Source: an uncultured Gemmatimonadales bacterium
GTDB taxonomy: Bacteria > Gemmatimonadota > Gemmatimonadetes > Gemmatimonadales > GWC2-71-9
DNA length: 64,000 nucleotides
Direction of reading: 5' to 3'
Assembly (NCBI GenBank): GCA_963821525.1
Contig: CAWGED010000018.1
Coordinates: 259 to 64,258 of the forward strand
In this document: one piece after another, positions 29,124 through 38,172 of the stretch
Position numbering within the stretch: position 1 is the first letter of the stretch
Layout: each line of letters begins with the position of its first letter
Program-made: the position numbers and the translations under genes
The notes under the pieces: model-generated
What the model was told of the DNA's origin: nothing
Seen by the model: the letters and a program-made list of their open reading frames with translations, nothing else
The model's database searches: none

Positions 29124-29841
29124 ATGCATCCTGACATGGTGAAACTGCTGGACTTGCAGGAGAAGGATCTGGCTCTGGTGGAGGTGGACACTCGACTCGC
29201 CGCTATTCTGGCAGAGACCGCGCAGTTGGACAAAGAACTGGCGGAGGCGGAGCGGAGCCTGGAAAGCCGTCGCCGGTCGGCGGCCGAGGCGCTCCGCAAA
29301 CGCCAGGAATCGGAAACCAAGATCGAGAACTTCCGCCGCCTCCTCGAGCGACAACAGGCCCGCACCGATCAGTTGCGGGGTCAGCGGGAAATCCAGGCGG
29401 CGATGATCGAAATGGACCTTGCCCGCTCGGTGCTGGCGAAAGAGGAAAACGACTGGGCCCAGGCCGGTGATAACGTGATCGCTCAGGACGCCGCCACCCT
29501 CGCGGCTGAAAAAAAGCTGGAGGAGCAACGCGCCAGCCAGGCGGAAGCGCGTGAAGCGCTGGGCCAGCGCATGAGCGGGATTCAGGCTGAGCGCGACAGT
29601 GCGAAAGCCGCCCGCGACGCCTCGGCCGCCGAGGTCGAGCGTGCCTTGCGGCAGCGCTACGAGCGGTTGCGCGGGTCGCGGGTCGCGCGGGTGGTGGTTC
29701 CCCTCGTCGGAGCCGCCTGCGGTGCCTGCTTCACCACCGTGCCGCTCAATCGGCGCAGCCAGATTCGCTCCGGTAACGTGATCGACTGGTGCGAGAGCTG
29801 CGGTGTCATTCTGCTATTACGCGGACGATCAGGGTGGCTGA
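29124..29841 (+). CDS. coiled-coil C4 zinc-ribbon protein (COG1579/DUF164-like), probable frame break at about 29814
   Basis: ATG 29124 follows AAGGGA. Long coiled coil, then CGACFTTVP..CESCGVIL. A shift of one base gives YYADDQGG and a stop at 29839-29841, instead of read-through into recJ. Confidence 0.65.
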
Positions 29842-31612
29842 TCGTTCACCTCCGCCGCTTCGGTGGATTATCGAGGGCGCCGCCGATCCGGCTCGCGCCC
29901 TGGCTCTGGCTAACTCGCTGCGGCTGCCGATTCCCCTCGCCGCACTCCTGGTGCAGCGGGGTATCGACAGCGAAATCGCCGCGCGACGATTCCTCCGTCC
30001 CGCCCTGCAGGAACTCGCCGATCCTTACACTCTGGCCGGGATGGATCAGGCCGTCTCCCGGATCACCGAGGCGGTCCGCTCCGGCACCCGCATCATGGTC
30101 CACGGCGACTACGACGTGGATGGTCAGTGCGGAACCGCGATGCTCACCCGGGTCCTGCGCGCAGCAGGCGCGGACGTGCTTCCGTTCCTTCCCCATCGCC
30201 TGCGGGATGGTTACGACCTGGGGTCGGCCGGTGTCGCCGCTGCGCGGGAGGCCGGCGTCCGTCTCATCATTACCTGCGATTGCGGCATCACGGCGGTTGC
30301 CGCGGTGGAGCAGGCAAGAGCCGCAGGGATTGATGTCATCATCACCGACCATCACCTGCCCGGTCCCGAGCTTCCGGCGGCCGTCGCCATCATCAATCCA
30401 CAGCGTCCCGACGATCAATCCGACCTGAAGCAACTCTGCGGCACCGGTGTCGCTTTCAAGCTGGTGCAGGCGCTGGTTCCGGCGCTGGGATTGCCGGTCA
30501 ACCTGCCGTATCACCTGCTCGATCTGGTGGCCATGGCCACCATCGCCGACATCGTTCCGCTGACCGGCGAGAATCGCATCATGGTCCGGCACGGTCTCAA
30601 GCTCATTTCGGAGACGCGCTGGGTCGGGCTGCGCGCGCTGGTGAGAGTGGCCGGGCTCGAGGGCCGGGAGATCCGGTCGGGGCAGGTGGGATTCGTGCTT
30701 GGTCCCCGGCTCAATGCCGCCGGCCGGGTGGGCGACGCCCAGGACGGCCTCCGACTCCTGCTCACCGACGACGAGGCCGAAGCCGACAACCTGGCCCACC
30801 GGCTGGAAGGGCTCAACGTCCAGCGGCAGGCGCTCGATCAGCGCATTCTCGAAGAGGCCATCGCTCAGGTCGAACGCGAGGTCGATGCCGAACACACTCC
30901 CGCGTTTGTCCTCGCGGCCGAGGGATGGCATCCCGGGGTCGTGGGCATCGTCGCCTCGCGAGTCGTCGAACGCTACGGGCGGCCGACCTTTCTCGTCGCC
31001 TTCGAGGGCGACATCGGCAAAGGCTCGGGCCGCAGCATCTCCCGGTTCGACTTGCATGCAGCGCTGCAACGCTGCGGCGACCTGCTGGAGCGCTACGGCG
31101 GTCACCACATGGCGGCCGGCGTTACCTTGCGGCGCGATCGGCTCGAAGCCTTCCGCGAACGGTTCATCTCGGTGGCTCGGGAGTCGCTCGCTCCCGAAGA
31201 TCTGGGTCCCGAGCAGCGGGTGGACCTGGTGCTGGAACTCACCGAGGTGAGTGCCGATCTCGAACGGCTCTGCCGTCACCTCGAGCCCTGCGGCATGGGG
31301 AATCCCGCACCGGTCTTCGGTGTGCGCGGAGTTTCGCTGAATGGCGCGCGACGGGTCGGTGGCAGCCACTTGAGAGGGACTTTGGCCCACAGCTCCGTGA
31401 GACTCCCCGCCATCGGTTTCCAATGGGCCGACCGGGTCCCGTGGGTGGTGCAGGCTCCGGGCATTCCGCCGGTCGTGGATGTGGCCTTCCGGCTCGAGCA
31501 GCACACCTACATGGGGGAGACCGGCCTGCAGGCGCGGCTCATGGCGCTTGCGCCCAGTCCCGGTGCCGCCCCAGTCGAGGCGCCGGTGCCCGAAGTCGCG
31601 GGAGAGTCGTGA
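29834..31612 (+). CDS. recJ: single-stranded-DNA-specific exonuclease RecJ
   Basis: DHH motifs HGDYDVDG, ITCDCG and ITDHH; DHHA1 GGHHMAAG. Confidence 0.9.
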   Translation: MADRSPPPLRWIIEGAADPARALALANSLRLPIPLAALLVQRGIDSEIAARRFLRPALQELADPYTLAGMDQAVSRITEAVRSGTRIMVHGDYDVDGQCGTAMLTRVLRAAGADVLPFLPHRLRDGYDLGSAGVAAAREAGVRLIITCDCGITAVAAVEQARAAGIDVIITDHHLPGPELPAAVAIINPQRPDDQSDLKQLCGTGVAFKLVQALVPALGLPVNLPYHLLDLVAMATIADIVPLTGENRIMVRHGLKLISETRWVGLRALVRVAGLEGREIRSGQVGFVLGPRLNAAGRVGDAQDGLRLLLTDDEAEADNLAHRLEGLNVQRQALDQRILEEAIAQVEREVDAEHTPAFVLAAEGWHPGVVGIVASRVVERYGRPTFLVAFEGDIGKGSGRSISRFDLHAALQRCGDLLERYGGHHMAAGVTLRRDRLEAFRERFISVARESLAPEDLGPEQRVDLVLELTEVSADLERLCRHLEPCGMGNPAPVFGVRGVSLNGARRVGGSHLRGTLAHSSVRLPAIGFQWADRVPWVVQAPGIPPVVDVAFRLEQHTYMGETGLQARLMALAPSPGAAPVEAPVPEVAGES

Positions 31613-32124
31613 GAATCGTCGGTGGGATCTACGGCGGTCGCACGATCTTGTCTCCCCGGGATCCGCGGGTACGCCCCACGGCCGATCGGGTGCGGGAGGC
31701 CTGGATGAGCATTCTCCAGGACTCGCTCCCCGGCGCGCGAGTGGTAGATCTCTTTGCGGGAAGCGGTGCCTTGGGACTCGAGGCCCTATCCCGAGGCGCC
31801 GTGAGCGCGGACTTCGTGGAGCTGAACCAGCCCTCGCTCGCCGCACTCCGGGCCAACATCGACCGCCTGGGCGTTTCCGCCCAGGTTTCCGTCCACCGGG
31901 GCGATGCGCTGCGCTACGCCGAACGGCTGGCTCCGGGCAGCTACGATGTCGCCTTCGCCGACCCGCCCTATACCACCGGCCAGGCGGCCCGGCTGGTGGA
32001 GGGCTTCCGCAAGAGCGCTTTCGCCCGCATTCTCGGCGTAGAGCACCAGGCCGCTGAGCCGCTCCCGGGCGACGAAACCCGGCGTTATGGCGAGACAGCT
32101 CTCACTTTCTGCTACGCTCCATGA
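31609..32124 (+). CDS. rsmD: 16S rRNA (guanine966-N2)-methyltransferase
   Basis: VRIVGGIYGGR..RPTADRVREA..DLFAGSGALGLEALSRGA..FADPPY. GTGA overlap with recJ. Confidence 0.85.
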   Translation: MRIVGGIYGGRTILSPRDPRVRPTADRVREAWMSILQDSLPGARVVDLFAGSGALGLEALSRGAVSADFVELNQPSLAALRANIDRLGVSAQVSVHRGDALRYAERLAPGSYDVAFADPPYTTGQAARLVEGFRKSAFARILGVEHQAAEPLPGDETRRYGETALTFCYAP

Positions 32125-32603
32125 CACGTATCGCCGTCTATCCGGGCTCGTTCGACCCACCGACCCGGGGTCATACCGATCTGATTTCCCGTAGCCTGGC
32201 CCTCGCCGACCAGGTGATCGTCGCCATTGCGACCAACCCGAACAAGCAGCCTCTATTCAGTGTGGAAGAGCGGTTGACCATGCTGCGGGCGGCGACGGGG
32301 AATGAAGCGCGGGTCCGGTACGAATCATTCGAAGGACTGCTGGCGGACTTCGCCCGCAAAGTTGGAGCGCATATGATCGTGCGCGGGCTCCGGGCCGTCA
32401 GCGACTTCGAATACGAGTTCCAGATGGCGCTCATGAACCGGCAGCTGCATCCATCGCTCGAGACCGTGTTTCTGGTACCGAGCATCGAGACGACCTACGT
32501 CAGCTCGAGCCTGGTGCGAGAGGTGGCGCGATTCGGAGGTGATGTGGGAACGATGGTTCACCCGGCCGTGGCGGAGGCACTCCGCCGGCGCTTCGCCCGA
32601 TGA
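32121..32603 (+). CDS. coaD: pantetheine-phosphate adenylyltransferase
   Basis: [16 protein letters not shown] and ISSSLVREV-like motifs; 160 aa. Confidence 0.95.
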   Translation: MTRIAVYPGSFDPPTRGHTDLISRSLALADQVIVAIATNPNKQPLFSVEERLTMLRAATGNEARVRYESFEGLLADFARKVGAHMIVRGLRAVSDFEYEFQMALMNRQLHPSLETVFLVPSIETTYVSSSLVREVARFGGDVGTMVHPAVAEALRRRFAR

Positions 32604-33529
32604 CGTTCCGCCAGGAGCTGGTGGAGCGCGCCAAGGGCCGCGGTGCCCGGATCCTTCTGCCCGAGGGCGCCGATCCACGGGTGCAGGCGGCGGCGCGCCG
32701 CCTCGAAAGTGAAGGCATACTCGAGCCGATCCTGATCGGTCCGGGTGGGATCGATCCCGCGCGGGATCCGCGAGTGTCCCAGGTGGCGCAACACCTTCGG
32801 GAGCGGCGGCCCGACCGGGTGCACGACGCCATCCACGCCATCGACCTGGCTAACGATCCGCTCCGTTTCGCCGCGGCACTGGTGGCGCTGGGGGAGGCCG
32901 ATGGCTGTGTCGCCGGAGCCACTCACACGACGGCCGACGTCCTGCGAGCTGCCCTCTGGGCGATCGGCCCGGAGCCGAGCGTCGGTGCGGTGAGCTCCGC
33001 ATTCTACATGGCGCTGCCCGATGGACGGGTCCTCACTTTCACCGATTGCGCGGTCATCCCGGAACCCACGCCGGCCCAGCTCGCCGACATCGCGCTCGCA
33101 GCCGCGCGCGATCGGAAGCGACTCGTCGGCGACGAGCCTCGGGTGGCATTCCTCTCCTACAGCACGAGAGGGAGTGCTGCCGGACCTCGAATCGACCGAG
33201 TTCGGGAAGCGGTGACAATTTTCCGCGGCCGGGCGCCCGAGATCGCCTGCGACGGTGAGCTTCAGGGAGACGCGGCGCTGGTTCCCGAGATCGCCCGGCG
33301 AAAGGCGCCGGACTCGGCACTCGGCGGTCGCGCCAACATCCTGGTGTTCCCCGATCTCGATGCGGGCAACATCGCATACAAACTGGTCCAGTCCCTGGCA
33401 GGAGCCACGGCCCTCGGCCCGATCCTGCAGGGGCTGGCCCATCCTATGAGTGACCTCTCGCGCGGGGCCAGTCCGGATGATATTGTCGAGGTGGCCGCGA
33501 TGATCAGCCTGCAGCGCGATCGTTCTTAA
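32600..33529 (+). CDS. pta: phosphate acetyltransferase (short PTA_PTB form)
   Basis: [34 protein letters not shown]. Confidence 0.8.
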   Translation: MTFRQELVERAKGRGARILLPEGADPRVQAAARRLESEGILEPILIGPGGIDPARDPRVSQVAQHLRERRPDRVHDAIHAIDLANDPLRFAAALVALGEADGCVAGATHTTADVLRAALWAIGPEPSVGAVSSAFYMALPDGRVLTFTDCAVIPEPTPAQLADIALAAARDRKRLVGDEPRVAFLSYSTRGSAAGPRIDRVREAVTIFRGRAPEIACDGELQGDAALVPEIARRKAPDSALGGRANILVFPDLDAGNIAYKLVQSLAGATALGPILQGLAHPMSDLSRGASPDDIVEVAAMISLQRDRS

Positions 33530-33546
33530 CCTTGGGGAGGAGTGTG

Positions 33547-33879
33547 ATGGGCTTTTCGGCGACGAAGGATCGCGGCGTCTACATCGTGCATGTCGATGGA
33601 CAGCTGATCGTGGGAAACCGTCAGGAGCTGAAGGCCGCGGTCCAGGAGGCCCTGGACCAGGGTGAACGAAAATTCCTAATTGACTTTTCGCGGACCGGTT
33701 ACATCGATTCATCGGGTCTGGGTGCCCTGGTGTCGATTTCCAAGCGGGTCCGCGAGCAGAGTGGGGAGCTTCGCCTGTCGGGCCTCAACGAAGACTTGCG
33801 CTCGCTGTTCGAATTGACCAAACTGGACACCCTTTTCTCGATCGCCGAAACCGCCGAACAGGCACTGGGGTCCTATTGA
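33547..33879 (+). CDS. STAS-domain anti-sigma-factor antagonist (RsbV/SpoIIAA-like)
   Basis: ATG 33547 follows GGGGAGGAG. YIDSSGLGALV contains the phosphorylatable Ser context. Confidence 0.8.
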   Translation: MGFSATKDRGVYIVHVDGQLIVGNRQELKAAVQEALDQGERKFLIDFSRTGYIDSSGLGALVSISKRVREQSGELRLSGLNEDLRSLFELTKLDTLFSIAETAEQALGSY

Positions 33880-34355
33880 CGTCAATGGAACCAACCGCCG
33901 CGCTCCGCCTGTGCGTTCGCCGCCGCCGCCTTCCCGGGCCCAGCGGCTCCACAGTCGAGGTAAACCTGCGGGTGCCGAGCGATGTTGGTTGCATTGAAGA
34001 AGTGGTGGATCTCATTCTCCGGCATTGCTGCAGCGGCAACTGGTCTTCCCGCCGGCTGCGGTTCAATCTCCGGGTAGCGATCGCTGAAGCGCTGGCCAAT
34101 GCCATCGTCGCTGGAAACCGCGAGGACCGCTCGAAGTCGGTGGACGTTCACGCCGAGCTGTTCGCCGACAAGATCCGGATCCACGTGACCGATCAAGGGT
34201 CGGGATTCGATCCCGCCACCATCAGCGCCCCTCTGGACCCCGAAGAGCTCGACCGCCCCAATGGCCGCGGCATCTTCCTCATCAAGAACCTCGTCGACGA
34301 CGTCGTATTCAACCCTCAGGGGAACTCGATCTGCATGACGCTCCGCCGCCAGTAA
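33876..34355 (+). CDS. anti-sigma regulatory factor, Ser/Thr kinase (RsbW/SpoIIAB-like HATPase_c)
   Basis: N-box EALANAIVAGN and G-boxes DQGSGF, GRGIFLI. Confidence 0.75.
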   Translation: MTSMEPTAALRLCVRRRRLPGPSGSTVEVNLRVPSDVGCIEEVVDLILRHCCSGNWSSRRLRFNLRVAIAEALANAIVAGNREDRSKSVDVHAELFADKIRIHVTDQGSGFDPATISAPLDPEELDRPNGRGIFLIKNLVDDVVFNPQGNSICMTLRRQ

Positions 34356-34495
34356 CGGGGCTGGAGGCTGCGACTGACGCGCTGGGCACGCTTACCGGGG
34401 CCCGGCTTCGTCTGTGGCGTTATGACGGTCGTACCCTGCGGCCCTTCACCGGGAGCGATCCCGGCTGGAGCCCGGTAATTCCCAGGGAGCCGGGC

Positions 34496-35929
34496 TTGGT
34501 CCCCAGCAACGACGGGGGAGTCTGGCTCCAGCCCATTCTCGCCGCCGAAGGTTTCTGGCTCGAAGTCGCCGGGGTCCCCGAATCTCGCGCCGCTGTCCTT
34601 GGCCCCGATCTGGCCGCTCTCCTTGGCGTGGTTTTCAATACCGAGCGAGAGACCGGAGAACTCACCAACGAGCTGGCGGGCCGCTACGAGGAGATCGATC
34701 TCCTCTACGCCATCAGCGAAATCCTCGGCCATACCCTGCAATTCAAGGACGCTGCCCAGACCATCGTCCGCGAGGTGAGCGACGTGGTGGGAGCCCGTCG
34801 TGCCTCCATCATGGTGTGGGACGAGGAGTCAGGCCGGCTGGTGACCGTCGCGGCACGCGGCTTCTCGCTCGCCGAGGCGTCGCCGGTGGATCCCGAGGAT
34901 CCCAACTCGGTCGCGGCCCAGGTATTTCGCCAGCGGCGCATCATCAGCTTCGATCCCAACCAGCCGGCACTTCCGATTACCGCGGATCGCGCCACCCGGG
35001 ATTACCGCGGCGAATCCTTTCTCAGCATTCCCATCTGCTATGCCGCGCCGGGGCTCGGTTCCCGCTGCGTTGGCGTCATGAACCTCACCAACCGGCTCGG
35101 CGGGGAACCGTTCTCGGCGAGCGACCTCAAGCTGGTGTCGGCGGTAGCCAATCAGATCGGTGCCGCAATCGAGAACAGCCGGCTGGTGCAGCAGGACCTT
35201 CACCAACAGCGGGTCCGCCGCGAGCTGGAGCTGGCGCACGACCTCCAGCTCAAACTGCTGCCGTCTCCCGCGGTGCTGCAGGGCGACGCTCAAGTCGCCG
35301 CGATCTGCCGTCCCGTGGATTCAGTCGGAGGTGACTTCTACACCTTCAACCGGCTCGGCAACCAGCGGGTCGGTGTCATGCTGGGCGACGTCTCCTCGCA
35401 CGGCTTCTCCGCCGCACTGGTCATGGCGCTCGTCATGTCGGCGGCCGGTATCCATGCCGGAGCGGCCAACACCCCGGACGAAACCCTGGCGGCATTGCTC
35501 GAGAGTCTGGGGCCGGACCTCGCGACGACCGAGATGTTCCTCTCGGTTTTCTACGGGGTCCTGGATCCTCGCAACCGGCGGCTCACCTACGCCAACGCCG
35601 GACATCAGCACGCCTTCAAGCTGCCCAAGGACGGCCCGCCCGAGCGGCTTCCTACCACAGCACCGCCGCTCGGTCTCGCCTCGGCCGAGACAATCCGCCG
35701 CAACCAGGTGCCGTGGCTCCCGGGCGAGGACCTCCTGTGTCTCTGGACCGACGGCCTCGTCGATACGCGGGGCGAGGAAGGTGGCTTCACCGAGGAGTTG
35801 TTGCTGATAGAGCTTGGACGCCTGCGGGCTGAGTCGCCCGACAACATCGTACGCTCGGTGTTCGAGCTCGCCGATACCTTCACCGATCATCCGGCCGACG
35901 ATCGGACCTTGCTTGTCCTTCGCATCTGA
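34496..35929 (+). CDS. GAF-domain PP2C (SpoIIE/RsbU-type) phosphatase; true start probably upstream
   Basis: GAF region, then GGDFY..GDVSSHG..TDGLVD. The frame stays open and protein-like back to 34340 but has no ATG or GTG there. Confidence 0.75.
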   Translation: MVPSNDGGVWLQPILAAEGFWLEVAGVPESRAAVLGPDLAALLGVVFNTERETGELTNELAGRYEEIDLLYAISEILGHTLQFKDAAQTIVREVSDVVGARRASIMVWDEESGRLVTVAARGFSLAEASPVDPEDPNSVAAQVFRQRRIISFDPNQPALPITADRATRDYRGESFLSIPICYAAPGLGSRCVGVMNLTNRLGGEPFSASDLKLVSAVANQIGAAIENSRLVQQDLHQQRVRRELELAHDLQLKLLPSPAVLQGDAQVAAICRPVDSVGGDFYTFNRLGNQRVGVMLGDVSSHGFSAALVMALVMSAAGIHAGAANTPDETLAALLESLGPDLATTEMFLSVFYGVLDPRNRRLTYANAGHQHAFKLPKDGPPERLPTTAPPLGLASAETIRRNQVPWLPGEDLLCLWTDGLVDTRGEEGGFTEELLLIELGRLRAESPDNIVRSVFELADTFTDHPADDRTLLVLRI

Positions 35930-36710
35930 CCGACCGCGGAAAGCCAAGAAGCGCCTCGGCCAGCACTTCCTTTCTGATCCTCGAATCCTGGCCCGCATCG
36001 CCGATGCGGTTGCTCCGGCGTCCGAGGAAACGGTTCTGGAGATCGGTCCGGGCCCCGGAGGACTCACCGAGGCCCTCGCCAAGCGAACGAAGCGGCTGAT
36101 TTGCATCGAGAAGGATCGGGACCTCGTTCCAGCGCTGAGGCAGCGGTTCCCTGCGGTCGAGGTCGTTGAGGCCGACGCGCTCAAGACTGATTGGCACGAG
36201 CTGGTGGGTGCTGGTCCCTTCGTCATCGCGGGCAACATCCCCTACAACATCACGTCGCCACTCATTGATCTGGCGCTAACGCCTCCGCGGCCGAGGCGTG
36301 TGGTGTATCTGGTGCAGAAGGAGGTGGCGGAACGACTCAGCGCCAAGCCGGGCGGAGCGGAGTACGGGGCGTTGACGGTCGGGGTGAGCGCGGTCGCGCG
36401 AGTCGAACGCCTCTTCACGGTGCCCGCCGGAGCGTTTCATCCCAGGCCGGCCGTGGATTCCGCGGTCGTGCGACTGACACCGCTCGATTCTCCGCCTCTG
36501 GCGGACGACCAGGTGCTGAGCTTTCGACGCTTCGTGGTAGGCCTATTTGGGTTTCGGCGGAAGCAGCTGATCAGAGGGATTCGAGAGTTGACAGGCCTTC
36601 CCGCCGAGCGAGTGGCCGCCATTCTCGATCAGGTCGGAATCACCAAGGAGACCCGACCGCAGGAGCTGACGCCGGCACAGTTCCTCGCCCTTCATGCGGT
36701 CCTGCGGTAA
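35913..36710 (+). CDS. rsmA: 16S rRNA dimethyladenosine transferase
   Basis: KKRLGQHFL..EIGPGPGGLT..GNIPYNITS. The only candidate start is TTG 35913, so the start is uncertain. Confidence 0.8.
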   Translation: MSFASDRPRKAKKRLGQHFLSDPRILARIADAVAPASEETVLEIGPGPGGLTEALAKRTKRLICIEKDRDLVPALRQRFPAVEVVEADALKTDWHELVGAGPFVIAGNIPYNITSPLIDLALTPPRPRRVVYLVQKEVAERLSAKPGGAEYGALTVGVSAVARVERLFTVPAGAFHPRPAVDSAVVRLTPLDSPPLADDQVLSFRRFVVGLFGFRRKQLIRGIRELTGLPAERVAAILDQVGITKETRPQELTPAQFLALHAVLR

Positions 36711-36724
36711 CCCGCAATGAATCT

Positions 36725-36898
36725 AAAACGAAGCAGACGCAGAGGGCGTCAGAGCCACCGAGGGCTACGTTGTCCGGCGCCAGCCCCGCAGAAGACCAGT
36801 ACCACCAGGCGCACGTGTAGGAATCTGCTTCCTTATTGCTTCGTGACCTTTGTGGTGTCTGTCGGAGCCCCTCGTGCCCTCTGCGTCTCTGCGTTTCC
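36725..36898. repeat. long imperfect palindrome (AACGAAGCAGACGCAGAGGGC ... GCCCTCTGCGTCTCTGCGTTTCC)
   Basis: Arms of about 35 nt read directly, with about 100 nt between them. Confidence 0.6.
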
Positions 36899-36941
36899 TT
36901 TCTGAAAGCTCCCTTGCCAACCGGGTTTGGAGGGCGGCTCG

Positions 36942-36970
36942 TTGCCCGGGCAGGGACGTGGCGCTAGATT
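36942..36970 (+). promoter_or_regulatory. possible sigma70-type promoter of rex (TTGCCC-17-TAGATT)
   Basis: Hexamers read directly; the -10 abuts the Rex box. Weak evidence. Confidence 0.3.
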
Positions 36971-36987
36971 TGTGAAACATTTCACAA
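36970..36987 (+). promoter_or_regulatory. Rex operator
   Basis: TTGTGAAACATTTCACAA is a perfect match to the TTGTGAA-N4-TTCACAA consensus, 4 nt upstream of the rex ATG. Confidence 0.75.
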
Positions 36988-36991
36988 AACG

Positions 36992-37612
36992 ATGCGCAAG
37001 ATCGCCGATTCGACCATTCGACGTCTCTCGCTCTACCTGCGATTCCTCGAGGAGTTCGAGGAGCAGGGGACGGAAACGGTAAGCTCCGAGGCCCTCGCGG
37101 CGCGGGGTGGGACGACCTCCGCCCAGGTCCGGAAAGACCTCTCGTTCTTCGGATCGTTCGGCAAGCGCGGGCTGGGCTACTCCGTCCCCGAGCTCCTGCA
37201 CCGGCTGCGTGAAATCCTGGGCCTGGGCCGGCGCTATCGGGTGGCAGTCATCGGCGCCGGGAAGATGGGCAGTGCCCTGGTCCAGTACCACGGCTTCCAG
37301 CAACGCGGCTTCGACATCGTCGCCATCTTCGACGTAGACCCGGCCAAGATCGGCAAGCAATGGAACGGGCTCACCGTCCAGCCGATCGCCGATCTCGAGA
37401 AGACCCTCCGGGCCCAACCGGTAGACATCGCCGTACTCGTCACCCCAGTCGACGTCGCCCAGGGCATCACCGACCGCCTCGTCACCCTCGGCCTCAAGGC
37501 CATCCTCAACTTTGCCCCGGCCCAGCTGGCGGTGCCGGACGAGGTGGTGCTTAAGACGGTGAATTTGGCGTTGGAGCTGGAGACGCTGTCGTATGCGTTG
37601 ACAAACCGGTGA
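36992..37612 (+). CDS. rex: redox-sensing transcriptional repressor Rex
   Basis: RLSLYLRFL winged helix, Rossmann VAVIGAGKMG; 206 aa. Confidence 0.9.
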   Translation: MRKIADSTIRRLSLYLRFLEEFEEQGTETVSSEALAARGGTTSAQVRKDLSFFGSFGKRGLGYSVPELLHRLREILGLGRRYRVAVIGAGKMGSALVQYHGFQQRGFDIVAIFDVDPAKIGKQWNGLTVQPIADLEKTLRAQPVDIAVLVTPVDVAQGITDRLVTLGLKAILNFAPAQLAVPDEVVLKTVNLALELETLSYALTNR

Positions 37613-37614
37613 AA

Positions 37615-37640
37615 GGTGTCAGGGGTCAGGTGTCAGGGGG
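37615..37640. repeat. left heptamer array GGTGTCA GGGGTCA GGTGTCA GGGGG
   Basis: Reverse complement of 38125-38157. Overlaps the stop of the four-helix-bundle gene. Confidence 0.75.
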
Positions 37641-38037
37641 TTGAAGGTTGAGTGCGTTGCTGTCGTCGTTTTCGAAGAGCTGTGATGAGGCCTGCGAGCA
37701 TCCGCCCCAATTCCGTGGATTGCTGAAAGAATGCCGTAGTGTCCTGCTGGTTCACGTATCGAAGCCGTCCTGCCAGGATCACATGGGTTTCGAGCTCCAT
37801 CAGCGAACCTTTGGCGATGGAGAGGAACCGTAGGTAGTCACCCAGATGTGCCCGCCCATGACCTTCCGCCACATTAGCTGGAATTGAAACTGCTGCCTTC
37901 CTGATTTGAACAACCAGACCAAATCGCTCGTCTCTTGGGAGTTTTTGGGAGAGATGATAGCTCGTCTCCGCCAAGACTATCCCGCGCTGCCATACCTGCA
38001 GATCCCGATAGCTGCGAATGGAGGGTCGCATTTTCAA
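37633..38037 (-). CDS. four-helix-bundle protein (23S rRNA intervening-sequence / Avd-like family, TIGR02436-like)
   Basis: SYRDLQVWQ..IPANVAEGHGR..FLSIAKGSLMELETH. It is the only minus-strand gene in 14.8-56.5 kb. Confidence 0.8.
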   Translation of the reverse strand: MKMRPSIRSYRDLQVWQRGIVLAETSYHLSQKLPRDERFGLVVQIRKAAVSIPANVAEGHGRAHLGDYLRFLSIAKGSLMELETHVILAGRLRYVNQQDTTAFFQQSTELGRMLAGLITALRKRRQQRTQPSTP

Positions 38038-38124
38038 ATACCGAGCAAAGATCTCCGGAGAGTAGCTCGGAGCGGCAAGACAGCATCATCTCGAAAACGC
38101 CGGAGGGGTCACGAGTGTCGCACA

Positions 38125-38157
38125 CCCCTGACACCTGACCACCTGACCCCTGACCCC
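38125..38157. repeat. right heptamer array CCCCTGA CACCTGA CCACCTGA CCCCTGA CCCC
   Basis: Inverted partner of 37615-37640. Confidence 0.75.
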
Positions 38158-38172
38158 TTGTATTCTTTCACC

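Noticed and set aside
29846-31846. 666-aa ORF antisense to recJ. Similar long antisense ORFs: 4791-5744, 7413-8285, 8302-9591, 22414-23442, 44549-45871, 52066-53496.
   Set aside because: Each lies opposite a gene with clear family motifs. Their translations are Arg/Pro/Gly-rich with no recognisable domains. This is the typical stop-poor antisense frame of GC-rich DNA.
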